A DNA stretch of 64,000 bases from Oculina patagonica (Eukaryota). The notes beneath the pieces were generated by a model. It was given only the letters and a program-made list of their open reading frames with translations, was not told where the DNA came from and searched no databases. Below, piece after piece: positions 26,792 through 39,900 of the stretch; positions within the stretch are counted from its first letter, which is position 1, and each line of letters begins with the position of its first letter. The DNA is taken from NCBI RefSeq assembly GCF_052425735.1, contig NC_135761.1:62682001-62746000 (forward strand), read 5' to 3'. Position numbers and translations under genes: made by a program.

Positions 26792-27451
26792 TAATGTACC
26801 CAACAGCATTGATAACTAGCAGAAATAAAAAGGTGATTTAGGTAAATTAAAACAACACAATTACTGCACGCATAGTGCGTTTGAGACCAGTTTTTCCATT
26901 CACTGGGATTTACCAAAAATTTCACCGCTGGGACTGGAATTTGAGCAAATAAATAGGCAGAAAAATAGGCTAGGAAATAGGACCCTCTCATACCTCACTA
27001 GGGGCGCAGAAGTATTTTATATCTCATAGAGTGAAACGTCATCGCTTCTGCATGCATTACTTGCCGTTTATTCTTTTTCAAGGAGATTGAATTTAGTACC
27101 CCTTAGAGATAACTTGTTTGTTGTAACCTAGTTTTGTTTCATTGTAAAGTTAAGTAAAAGACCTGCCTGTACCGTGCATGCTGTGTGTGAGAAGTTGTTG
27201 CAAAATTGATGACTCTTAGGCGCGGTTCATACGCCGCATTTCTGCCGTGTCGAATTCAATTAAATGAATTAAATTCGGCAGAAGTTCAACGTCTGAATCG
27301 GCTGTCGAATTTCTGCCGCATTTAATTGAATTAAATTCTACACGGCAGAAATGCGACGTATCATCCTAAATGTCTTTGAAATGACTTTATTTAAACATAG
27401 AAGTATTTATTGTTTACCTGTCTTTCTGAGTTAGGACTGCTGACCACAGAG

Positions 27452-27925
27452 TGAACCAAGATCTCGGTAACTGGGCCAGCCCTATTTTCTTGTAAAATTT
27501 TGGATGTGTTCATATGAGAAGGTGGGCCAGCCCGGTTACCGATATCTCGGTTTCTGCAACCGAGATCTCGACAACCGGGAAGAATATTTTCCCATATGAA
27601 CGCTCCAGCCCGGTCGCCGGGACGCAACTTTTTTTGAGAAAATAGCTTCCCTTTCGTAATTGGGTGGTCCAAATGGTTTAATTTTGCCTTGTATCTATTT
27701 CCACTTCAGAAATATGCGAATTAGCTTTATTAATAAAGTTACAATGCAAGGGTCAATAAAGCTACGATAGTCGCAAAAGATGCAACTTTATGTGTCGCCA
27801 TTTTGCCTTCGTTTCTTGAATTTTATCCCCGTCAACCGGGCTAAAATTTTCCATATGAACAGAGGTCAAAATCCGTCCTGGTAATTGAGACAGCCCGTAA
27901 ACCGGGCTCATGTGAAGAGGCCCTT
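27452..27925. repeat. Interspersed repeat abutting the ACSM truncation point
   Basis: GGGCCAGCCCGGTTACC and CATATGAAC sub-repeats, ending ATGTGAAGAGGCCC; directly joins the ACSM exon. Confidence 0.55.
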
Positions 27926-29026
27926 AGTCAACCGTGCATCCATGGAGTTATGGATGCATTTGGAAGGTTTGTCATGCACCTCGAGCAACTCTTGCGACGT
28001 TTTGTGCATATTAACATGTTTTTGAAAACAAAAAGTTTTTTAATGTAAAGTTGTATTTATACTGAACTGAAGGCTTTGACTGCATGGATGGCGTCTATGC
28101 TGAACTGAGGGCTTTGCCTGGATGGCGTCTAAAACAAGTATATACAAGTAACTTTCTGACCCGGATTCAGAACCCACAAATGGTTGATTTGTTGGATATG
28201 TTAATTCTATGTAATTCTATGTATTCTATGTAATTCTTATGTAAATTAAGTTTATAAACACAAAACTGTCTTGATGACACAAGAAGAGAAATTTACTGCA
28301 CACTAAAAAGCAAAATATTTGAAAAAAGATTTATGACTGCGCCTTGTTAAATAGTATATTAATTTTAAAATAAAACCTAGAAGTTTTAGTTTGATTTTAT
28401 TCCTAGTTAAAAATTGCGATACGAATGAAAGCTTAAAAAAAAGTCACGCAAGTCGCAGAAATGCCGGTATCAGAGGTTTGCGTGATCCGGCGCGGCACAG
28501 CTATCTGAAATCACCGACGCGAAACAAGGAGCTCGAAGAAGCTTTAAACCGCGTGGAAAGTGTTTCCCTGCTTTTTCGCTAAAAGCAATTAAAGTTAAAC
28601 TACTTTTTCGCTCAAAAAAAAATTGTTTAATTCACAGCGTGACACTCAAGACACAATAAGTAACGCCAGTTATATCTGTTTTTAGGTCAGTCACGGCCCC
28701 TGACCTCTCTGTTTTAATGATGTGTGCTGCCCTGGTTCAGTTGTCGTTATAAACAAAAGCTGTTGTCCAAAACAGAGTAATCATGAAATATAGGCCCCAT
28801 GTCGCCCGATCTAGAACTTCGTGCTAACTATCAACAGGGCTCACCTCAGGACGGAATAAGAGGCAGTAGCGGCCGTAGTGGCTAAATAAAATCAGACAAT
28901 ATTTCGCAAAATGGAGAAGAGTAATCGTTTAGTTATTGAACAAATTTTCCACAAACGCATCTTTTACAGCTAGAGAAGCTTCCCAGAATATAGATTGGGA
29001 TTTCAAGGTGTAAAACTACTCAATAA

Positions 29027-29256
29027 GGGACGGACCATTATTTTCTAGGAGGGGGGGGGGGGGATGAAAAATTTTACTCTGCAAACTTTGTTTTTTAGTT
29101 TATGCACCTCTCCAAACATTTTTTTCGAAATTCTAACTATTTTTTGTGATACATATCGTGTTTGCAAACAATTTATTTTGTCTTTTTAGGCCGTGCAAAC
29201 AATTTTTTTCAATATTTTTCATCCCCCCCCCCTCCAAAAAAATAATGGTCCGTCCC
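29027..29256. mobile_element. PIF/Harbinger-like MITE
   Basis: GGGACGGACCATTATTTT TIRs; TAA TSD; copy at 61870-62099. Confidence 0.88.
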
Positions 29257-29452
29257 TAAGTGAAGGATAACAGATGCACGCCGCACGCTTATTCATTTCT
29301 TCAATACATTACACATTCGCAGCGCACGTCCCTGAACAAAGCGAATACCCTGCTCACGGCCGCAGAGCGTGAGGAGTCTTTGGAGTCCCTGTGATTAAAA
29401 TGCAAATAAGATTCCGGGTACCACATCATCTAAAATCCCGTTTTTCTTACAG

Positions 29453-30255
29453 GTGTGATAGAGTTGCTTGGTGGCGCTGAAGGACTTGTTGAGTTCAAGG
29501 CTTCCCTTCTGGCGTCTCATGGAGTTGCTGCTCTTGCATTGGCCTACTTTGCTTATGATGATCTACCAGCATTTCCACCAACCCTCGACATGGAGTACTT
29601 TGAAGAGGCAGCTAACTGGCTCAGCAATCATCCTAAAGTCTTGCCGCGTGGTATTGGTGTTCATGCCATATGTTATGGATCATGGATTGCTTTATTAATG
29701 GCAAGCCTTAACATGAAAGCCATCAAAACCGTTGTGGCTATTTCACCTTTGGTAGTTGCTCATGTTTTACCATTTCAATACCAGGGAAAGGTCTCGGATG
29801 TAGTTCCTCTTGAAAATAGCAAGAAAATAACAACAGAGGATAGCTGCTGCTGGCGTTACGCAGTTCCAACGCTCACCTCCGAATATAGCCCCCCTGTTTC
29901 CAAATACTCAGCTTTTACACCAGTCAATATCTCTTGTCCTGTTCTACTAGTCTTTGGAACCGGCGACCTTCATGTCGATCCCAAGACATCGCAACTGATA
30001 TTTGATCGCTTGAAGGATCATGGAAGAGAACATCTGTGTTCTATTTTACGTTATCCCGAAGCGGGACATCTCATCGAGCCGCCATACTCTCCACTCTGTT
30101 ATGCTTCATACAACGGAACTACCAAACCGCTCGGTGATCCCCACCTGGTGTGGGGTGGGGAGACACAAGCTCACGCTAGAGCTCAAGAAGACGCCTGGCC
30201 AAAAATCTTAAGTTTTCTACGAAGAAATCTTCAACAGGTTAACTCCAACATGTAA
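29453..30255 (+). CDS. Orphan exon 2 of an ACOT/BAAT-like acyl-CoA:amino acid N-acyltransferase (catalytic domain); open frame, no exon 1 seen upstream in the window
   Basis: cttacag acceptor; ASLLASHGVAALALAYF, AICYG nucleophile elbow, GTGD, AGHLIEPPY; ends -SNM. Confidence 0.75.
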
Positions 30256-30728
30256 CTGATAGCAGGCCTTGTTCGCTTGCACTACCTTTTTTTTTATACA
30301 AGTAGAACGTTTGTCATTTTACTCATGGGAACGCTGCTAGCATTATTGACAATAGGGATAAAAGGGACAAATGATAGATATGATTTGATGATGGCTGTTT
30401 TCAAACTAGAAGACGGACAGATCGTCTAGACGGACAAGTCGTCTGACGATTTCTTCGTCTAGTGTGAATTGAAAACGGCTTTTTGACGACTTGTCCGTCT
30501 AGACGACCAAGTCGTCTTTGAAAAGTCGTCTTCCAAGACGGACAAATTCAGACGACTTGTACGTCCAAAATCGTGTCCCTCCCGTTTTCACACTAGACGA
30601 CTTCACAGGTTTTCTTTTGTTTTACTCTTTACTATAACTATGGACTTGCAAATTTGAGAATACTCTAGATCTTCATCATTGTTCTGTTTATATTCTGGTG
30701 AAGATAACAGCCATGTCACTTTTTCTCA

Positions 30729-30776
<48 letters not shown>
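30729..30776. repeat. (CAT)n microsatellite
   Basis: Direct reading; shorter in the paralogous copy near 63561-63587. Confidence 0.9.
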
Positions 30777-31679
30777 GTTTTTATTTCGTTCCGGAGCTGG
30801 CATAGATGTTCTTTATCGTTATATCGTTACCAAATTGTAAGCGAGAAAGAATGGAAAGTTTTATTTCTTTCCTGTAGTTTCTACAGGACAGAAGAGCGAG
30901 TTTGCGACAACCTCTGTAGCTCGTGAAAAATTCCCCGAGGTAACTGTATGGCGCAGAAATGTGGATCGCGCGTTCACAATAGGAATCCCATGGGAAAACA
31001 ATAGTGCCAAATAATGTCATTTTATCGTTAGTCGTAGCTTTTTCGGATGAAATTCGGCTCTTGGCCGACATCGAGTGTGTTCATCACAATCATTGGACTA
31101 GACTGCTTGCTTGACGAGAGTCAGTCGTGTGTTCAATGGACTAACGTCGACCCGTGCCGCTTGGAAATTCTTAAAGAAAATTAAATAGAGAGTCAACTAA
31201 AGGTTTCTCATAATGTTATGTTATTTATTGCTTTGAATGTGGCCAGAATGAGTGGAATGAGTGGAATTTATATTTGTCGAAGTTTGAGTAGCCTGCGCAA
31301 ACAGACTAGAAGGATTTTTCGCTTTGTTTTAGGCAGCCAGAAAATAACGGTATTTTTTGGCTGTGCGAAAAAACCGGATCCCTGTGTGTTAGCAGACTAT
31401 AGTTTCAGCGATCAATTGAAAACAAAGCCTCGAAAAGCCTTGAACGAAGTTTATCTCGAGTTTTTTTCATTTGTCAACTTTAAAATGTCAGAACTTCAGG
31501 CATTCTATCGTAATCGCGAAGTTTGAACAGTACACTAGGGATTTTGGCAACCAATACAGAATATTGGAAAATTAGAACAAACTGAGAAGTTTCCTTCTTT
31601 TTTTACTATATTTATAGCCTTGCAAATTTGAAAATACTTCAGATTTTCATCATTATTCTGTTTCTGGTTTTCTTTACAA

Positions 31680-32555
31680 ACACCCATTCAAATTCGCGTC
31701 AAAAAATAATTTTGCCTGAAACTCTGGCAACTGAAAGACTTAACCGATGCTAGAACTTTCTGGCCGCGTTAGGGGCCATTCCGCTGCAACGTCTGAAAAA
31801 TTAGAAAAATAGGCATTTTTCGAGTTGCTGTCAAATATTTCTTTTGCATCGAGCACCGACTATGTCAACTTGCTCAACTCTACTCTACACAGCCGAAAAG
31901 TGTATTTCTTTATCTGCTAAAATATGCAAAATCAAATGTACGTTTTCAGTATTTCAAAAGTCATGACCATTTGTATCAGCATATGTGCGAGTAATGACGA
32001 TAATATAATCGAAAATGTTATTACTCGCACTTGCTGATACAAACGGTCATAACTTTTGAAATACTGAAAACGTACAAGTGATTTTGCATATTTTAGCAGA
32101 TAAAGGACTACACTTTTCGGCTGTGTAGAGTATAGTTATCAACAAGGTCCCGAAATTGAACTATTTGCCTCTAAATCAAGGCCATTTTTCAACCGCTGTT
32201 TGATGCCGATCAGAAGTGGTCATTATGTCCTTGATTTCGCATTTCCAGATATATCGAGGGGAAAGATGCTACTTTCTAAGAAAACTAGAAATGTCTTTAT
32301 AAACAAATTGATATAAAAAATGTCGGTGTTCAATGCAAATAAAATATTTGACAGCGGCTCAAAAAATGTCTATTTTTCTAATTTTTCAGACATTGCGGCG
32401 GGTCCTGAAGGGACAAAATATTTGATGGCTCCTAACGCGGCCTGAAAATCATTTTAAATCAAACCAAGTCCGTTTTTGTTCTATCCTCGGTAAAGTCTTT
32501 CAGTTGCCAGAGTTTAAGGCAAAAATATTTTTTGACGCGAGTTTGAGTGGGTGTT
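31680..32555. mobile_element. ~0.9 kb foldback element
   Basis: Mirror blocks (AAACTCTGGCAACTGAAAGACTT; TACACAGCCGAAAAGTGTA; GTACGTTTTCAGTATTTCAAAAG) centred near 32005. Confidence 0.75.
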
Positions 32556-33324
32556 TTTAAGAAAGACGGCCTTTTAAATACTAATTAACATATTGATTAC
32601 CGAAGTGGCCTCCCCTGTAAGCCTGGTGGTTTCTTGGTGGTCTCCTCGCCCTACCATAATGTTAATAATATAAATTTTTAATTTTAATTTTAATCTTGAT
32701 CGTTAAGTACAGGTTCACCCACCAGAAGCCGCGGTACTGATTTACAGAAAAAGTAAATTCAACAGTAATTTAAAGTATATCATAAATCTCCTGATCATAC
32801 GCTTTTATGTGGCTTACACAAAGTGTAAAACCACACTATGTCGTTTTAATCCGTAAACTTTATTTATTTGGACATAACAAGTTCTTGGCAAAATCCAATT
32901 CCAATCAGTATGCTTTAAGGAACAATGTCACGGTATTTTAAGTTCTTTTTCCGATTACTTTCAAATTGAAGGCATCCTTAAAATAAAAACAACAACTCGA
33001 GGAACGTTTTGAGTCGATGTCATTTGAAATTGTGTGATTTTTCCATAAATTATATATAACATTATTCCACATGCTCGAGGCTTTCTACCGAGACTTTCAA
33101 GTATTATTTTACTAAACTTTGCTTCCAGCTACCCTCAAAATGTGAAGTGAGATTAGAATCAGTACAGGAATGAATGGGGGTAAGATTGGCACATCGTACT
33201 TCTTTTGCGAGCACGGTGACCTATATAAATTTTATTGTAGTTTTGGAAACGGTGCTTGGTGGGAAGTATTCAGAAAAAGTAAAAAAAATCGTTCGTCAAT
33301 TTTTATTTATGAATGACTGAATGA

Positions 33325-33481
33325 ATTATATAGGTGCTTATATAGCGCATTTACAAAGCTCAATGCGCTTCACAATTAGAATTTTGGGATGAGATCGGAC
33401 ATCAGCATATAAGGCGCCCATGGCAGCCGCTATCCGTCCATGTGTATGATCTCACCCCACCACCCAACCCATGGAATAGAA

Positions 33482-33518
<37 letters not shown>

Positions 33519-33770
33519 GCGATGAGTGTGTGGGTTCTTTAACGTCCCCTGCTGATTATAACACTGAAGATGCAGGAGACGGGGCCTACGGTTTATCGTC
33601 CTTATCCGAGAAGACTAGAATGTCTAACCATTTGCAGATGTAATTACAAAGGCAGCACATTCTCCACATTTATTTTAAGACCCTGAGTGTTGGTCCGGGG
33701 TGAGAGTCGAACCCGAGACCTCCCGCACGACAGTCCGGCGCTCTACCACTGAGCTAACCGGTCGGCGGTT
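33325..33770 (-). mobile_element. tRNA-headed SINE
   Basis: Reverse-strand tRNA-like head (TAGCTCAGTGGTAGAGCG...GGTTCGACTCT) at ~33700-33770 followed by a SINE-like body. Confidence 0.75.
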
Positions 33771-33940
33771 AGCTCTGAGGAATGATCTTATATGCACAAG
33801 TCTCTGCATGAGCTAACTGTTATGACACAAAAGAAAAAGAAAACACAAAAGAAGTTGGGGTTGTTATAGGGTGGCATTAGCATAATAGTGTTTTGTCACC
33901 CCATGCATTCAACTCGTCGTACCACTCTCTTTCCACAAAA

Positions 33941-36900
33941 ATGCTTAACTTGAGGCCGAGGTCTTCTCTTATAGACAAGATAACAAAGATTAATGTCTCG
34001 CGGCTCAAACCGCTGCAGAAGATTACGCTAGGAGCGAAGATTGTCGGCGACAAAGAAGAAGTGTTTGAGTCACACGCTCACTTCATCGCTGATAAAGATG
34101 GTGAAGTTAATGTTTGCCGTGACTCGTCTCTGGGAGGATCTTACAGCGGAGTTTCACCCATGGGATTGTTATGGAGTATGAAACCAGCACCGGGACAGAG
34201 AAAAGGAACTCGACTGATGAAATCTGATGTCACCAAACCGTACAACATCGTCGTGAACTGTTTTGATGGCCATGTAACTTCGCACGAATCTTCGTTGCAG
34301 CCTTTGTCAAGCGAGACATTTCAAAAGTGGTACATGGCGGATGGAGTGAAGAGAATTCCTGTGAGAGAAGGAAGAATCCATGGGACATTGTTTCTACCAC
34401 CAGGAGACGGACCTTTCCCTGGTAAGTAGCGAAAGTTCAAATCGTTGCAAAGTACCAGGCTATCAGGTTACAGGTAGTTGGTTTCACTCTTAAAATTGAA
34501 ACATCAGGATTTGTTTTCTAAAATAATCGTAATTTATGCCAAATAGAATAAAATTTCACGAAAAACAACTTCAGCATGAGGCTTTTAATTTTGTTCAGTC
34601 AGTTTCCTATATTTGTTCTGAGTCTTGTGTGTGTGGCATAATGTTTTTTGGTTAAAAACGTTTTCATGCGTGCTTGAATTATTAAAAGCCACGTCACTGA
34701 CTAGCTGGAAATATCGGGAATCGCTGGACATGCTCGAAAAATCCTGATACATTTCCTGAAAATCAAGTTTGGAGAACTATCTTCGAAATGTAATTGTAAC
34801 ATTCTAAAACTTTATAGTTTCCGAGAAATTGGGAATACGAGTTCTGTCTCATGAAGCATAAATTACTGTGAAAAATGGCCATTTGTTTGTATTTTAAAAA
34901 GTACTGTACGTGTACAATGCTAGGAAACAAGATTAATTGCGAATAAGACCCTTGCTCCCTTACTTTTTAGCAATCAGTACTGTAAATAGTTCTGCGGTAT
35001 TTTTAAAGGATTTCAGCACCATTTAAATAATTACCATCTTAAGCTTTATGTGAAAATACAAAACTTGAAATACAAAACTTGAGTAGCTTCAGAAGCTTAA
35101 AATTCATCTTGGTTTGTCGAATGCGATCAGCTGTTTTCAAATTTGCATAATATGGTAATAAATTCCATTTGGAGGCTAGTATTCACCAAAGAGACGTAAA
35201 GGCTTCGCCTCGGGGAACTTTCGAATTGCTTCGCGTTCATACCGTGGTTTCTAGCAGGACTCTGTAAAGTGAGGAAACGGACGGCGGATGCGGACGACGG
35301 ACAGCGGATGGCGGACGGCGGACGGCGAAAAAAATTAAACATTTAATAATAAATGAAAATAAAATAATAAATGAAAATAAAATAAAAAATGAAAATAAAA
35401 TAGAAAATAATAATGAAAATGAAATACTAAAAGTCATATCATTAGTGGAAGCATCTTCGGATCACTGCGCTGGAATCTCGTCGAAAAATGCTTGAAAAGT
35501 TCGGAACATTGCAAAAAAATGTTTCATATTGCATTCTCCAAGCACTCACGTATTTATCTATCTTATTGTTGAGCTCATGTGGGAGATAATCACCAAAGAC
35601 AGTGTTCGGATAATTTTCACGAGGCTTCGAAAATTACCAGGAACCTACTATTCGCGCGCGCACTCGTGAATAATCTCTCTATCTTTTTTATTTGTTGTTT
35701 TATTTCATCAGAAATAACTAACTAAAGGAACTGGATACTGGACTGTTTTAACTTTGCTCTGCCTCTTCACTACGTCCTTACTATAGTCTTAAATCATTTT
35801 ACTGGTGAGTATATAGACTGGCAACATTTAACTTACATTACTTGCCAAAAATTCGGACATTTTATTTGCGATGTTTAATTTTAGGACACTCTTGATCTCG
35901 TTTCTGACAAATTCAATCGGACAAAAATTTCAGAAACTTTGCTGAAACATACAGAACAGGAATTAGTCTGAAACGACATATGTGAAATTGATAGTTTTAC
36001 TGCACCTACAAGGTTTTACAGATACACCGTCATTATTGATAGTGTAAAGTCACAAAAAAAAGATACAGAGATTACATACAAGTGACTCGAGTGCGCGAAT
36101 GGTATTTCTGCAACTTCCGAAGCATTCTGAAAATTATCCAAACACTGTCTTTAGTGATAAACTCATATTATTATAAGCTCAAGAATAAGACAGATAAAGA
36201 GATAAATACATAAGTTCTTGGAGAATGAATTTAATACGAAACATTTTTTTTTTGCACTTTTCCAAACTTTCCAAGCATTTTTCGACGAGTATCCAGCGCA
36301 GTGATCCGAAGATGCTTCGACTTAAAGTGATGCGATTTTTAACATTTCAATATTATTTTTTATTTTATTAACATTTTTATTTTTTATTATAATTATTTAA
36401 TTGTTTTCGCCTTCCGCACTTTACAGTGTCCCCGCGCTAATTTGCTTATGCGCGCACGTTATTCATGTCGCAACGTCACACCACAACATGCATTAAACAC
36501 GTGCGCCGAAGAAACTGAGCTGGTAGCCTTTGAATTAAATTCGCTTGCAGTTTATTCTTTTAACTGTCAGTGACCCCCACATTATTTTGATAGACAACTT
36601 TCTCTTCTAATTCTCGACAGATGGTAGAAAAATGGACCAAAAAATATCAATGTGGGAAGTATGAAAAGTTCCTATTTTGTGTCCACGTGCAATCGAATAA
36701 TCCTGCCATCTTGCGGCTGTTAGTCCTGTTAGGCGAGTGCAAAACTGATCGTTAAATGATTATATTTACTTTAAAGAGCCGTATACCAGTTGAATCAAAT
36801 TGATCAATACATGAGATTCACATAAACAATATTTGATCAGAAGAGATTTTGTAAAGCATATACATGCGAATATAATAGAAAAAAAGTCGACGTTTCGGCA

Positions 36901-39900
36901 TCATCTTGATGCCATTATCAAGACTGAGATAAAATTAAATATGCAAATTGTCAATTAAAGAGCTAAAGAGTTTCTTAATTTGCATGAGGCAAAAAATTCT
37001 TAGGTGAAAACTTTTGCACGCACATAGTCCGTTTGCACGTTTAGTATTGGTTTAAGTTTGCGAATAAAAAGCATCCCATTTTGTTCTTACACTTTGCAAG
37101 GACGTGGAATTGATTTAATAGAGGCACAGGCATTGGAAGTAATATTTCGAAAACGAGTGCGAGTGGTTTCATCGGGGTTTCCAAACACGAGAAAACTGAT
37201 GAAAACACTCGGCCTACGGCCTCGTGCTTTTATTGTTTTCGAGTGTTTGGAAACCCCGATGAAACACGAAGCACGAGTTTTTGAAATAGCTTCACGAAAA
37301 CTTAATTTTTTATTTCTTTTGTTTTATTAGCGTACACCTTATTGCAAACAGAGGATACTATTCACGAAAACATTGAATTGTTGCTTTCTTTTGTTTAATT
37401 AGCGCATAGTTTGTGATGATTATGTAAGATCCGTGTTTTTCACAACTAAACTTGTTTACTTCAACCCCGCATCACAAGGGTTTGACGTTTTGTCAAACTC
37501 TACAGTTTGATATTTCATCAAACTATCGTGGAAAGAGCCTCTGTCCAGTGCTTCATCGGGTTTTCAAACCACACGCACCTGACCAAATTGGCGTATCCTG
37601 ATTGGCTTGTCAATTCATGAATTATTAATGATTTTGAGAACATTGTGATCGTCCACGTAGAGCTTGTAAATGGACGACGATTTCTGTTTATGCCCGTCAA
37701 CACGTTGGTGCAAGTGGCCCCGAGTGTAACCAACATAGCCCGCATCGCACAGGCCACATTGAAATTTATAAACTAAACATTGTTGGTTAACAATGGCTGG
37801 CTTGATTTCTTGCACATTGAGGCCTTCATGTAGTTTCCGGCTGACAAAAACTGGTTGGATTACGGTCTTGGTCTTTAAGCTCAGGTTGTTAAGACGCTGT
37901 TTAACAATGTTGGCTGAGTCTTGGTCTTTAAAAGGGAGAATGACTCGAACCGTACTCGTTTTCTCGTGTTGCAAGGGGGTGTGCTGCTGGTTAGATACTT
38001 TGGAATCAACGAAGCGTTTCACAGCTGAGTTAAATAAGTGCCGAGGATATTTAAGTTTTGATAACACATCCTTCAACCGATCACATTCCTGTGAAAAATA
38101 GGACCAATCAGACGACAGCCGGTAACAACAACAACAAGCTTTATTTGCATGACTGTAAATTTGTTACAATATTGCAAAAACGTAAACTTATTAAGTAATA
38201 ATATTAATAATAAAAAAAATAAAATAATAGCATAAAAAAAGATTAGATCGAGTATAGTGATGATTAGGCAGCGCTTGTATCGACTATCAACATGGCTTTG
38301 GTAATGAAGAAGGAGCCCCGTGTTTGTAGGCTTAACGTAAACTCTGGTCTTGATTCTTGGCGCTACGTTTATTAGATCAACGCCAACAAAAGGCAGAGAG
38401 GAATTATTTCAACCTCCATCGTAAATTTAAGGGAGGAGTGGCAGTGATTGAGGGTGTCCAAAAAGCTGTCAGCTGATGGAGGTTGAGAATAACTCCTCTC
38501 TACCTTTTGTTGGTGTTGATCTAATAAACGTAATTATATTCGCAAGTATATGCTAAACAATATTTGGCAGAGAAAATTGCATTTCATGGATTTATTTGTA
38601 ATATTCTTGGACAAACAGACACTGAGGCCATATTTAGTCACGAAGCCCGATATTTCAGATTTAGGGTAGTCTTTTTCGGACACCTTTATTAATATTATGA
38701 AAATCTGACAACAGTGGATCGCGAACTTTCGGTTTTGTCAGTCTTCTTAATTGCCCAGAATTTTTATTACAGCTTTCTTTAGCATAATTGTCTATTTTTC
38801 AGCTGCTACTCGTCCGCTAGAAATTATGATAATACTATCCTTGAAGGTATCTACAATACGACTACAAATGATGTACAAATTCGGCGTGAAAATTCAGCGA
38901 CAATGACTCTCAAGCAAGCAGGACAACCGAAGAAACAATGAACTAATCTATGACTTGTTTCCTAGCGTTTCAAAGTGCTTCAATACAAAAAAGATATTAG
39001 CCAATTTTTCAGTGTAAAGGTCAGCTTCGAGCCAAAGTGGCGCATACTGCCGGAGCTTATACCGGTTTCCTTAGCATTAAGCAGCTAGGAGTATTTCTAC
39101 TCCCCCCTGGATGGGATGCTAGTCCATCGCAGGGAACCCCCCAGCATTATTTCGCCGGTACCCATTTAAACACCTGGGTGGAGAGAGTAAAGTGTCTTGC
39201 CCAAGAACACAACACAGTGACCCCGGCCAGGGCTCGAACGCTCGGAACGCTCGCTCCGGAGTCCGGCGCGCTAACCATTAGACCACCGCGCCTCGCATAA
39301 TTTTTCAGAGAAACTTATCCATAATCAATCAGGCACCACTTTGGAATAATCAATGAGCCAATTTTGTGATGAACACTTGTAAAAGTTGTTTCCATAAGCA
39401 CCTAAACATTATCCTGTAGCGGGTCTTATTATTTTTGCTCTTGCAACCTTTTGTTTAGTTCCTTTGCGTTTTTCTTCAGCGAAACGCGTGCTTTGATTGG
39501 CTTAGATCTGTTTAGAAAATATTTGTATAAAATTGTCTTTTAAAACTCTTTGCACGTTTCACATATTCATACAAGAGTTAAAGTAATTATTATGAATATG
39601 ATTATGATTATTATTTTCATTATTATACTCAAGGTCAAACATGAACGTAGATAACGTAAAACACAATGCAAGGTTGATTGGCCAGCTAGAAAGGCTAATT
39701 TTATTGCCCAATATTTTGGATTGACAAACCTACCTTCTTCGATTCAGGTACTGCAAAGCTAATCTACTCAAAGATCCGGCTTCACTTCGCTACTGTTTGT
39801 CCAAGTGGTCCTTGCATTATTAAAGATGAACGTAGATAGTCCGATAATTGTTTTATTAATTCACAAATTGTCGACAAACGCGTTTTCACAGCTAGGGCAG

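Larger units (their letters stand above)
24377..27450 (-). pseudogene. 5'-truncated medium-chain acyl-CoA synthetase (ACSM-like), last three exons: 27450-27418, 24890-24768, 24478-24377
   Basis: Spliced (GT-AG, phase 0) translation SVVSSPNSERQ|VVVKAFVILSKEFKNSEQDEIMKELQNHVTKSTAGWMCLSK|MEFVDSLPTTLSGKINRKELEQREWKSIPQIEQ* matches the AMP-binding C-terminal domain (VVSSPD..RGEVVKAFVVL...ELQ.HVK...EFV..LPKT.SGKI.R). Confidence 0.82.

Noticed and set aside
25538-28582. Short ORFs identical in both units (e.g. 25890-26213, 26791-26991, 28391-28582)
   Set aside because: Identity is explained by the recent duplication and they mostly overlap repeats; only the SVVSSPNSERQ segment is recognisably coding
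30392-30605. AGACGAC/GTCGTCT-rich cluster
   Set aside because: Looks like a truncated DNA-transposon end; termini and TSD could not be defined
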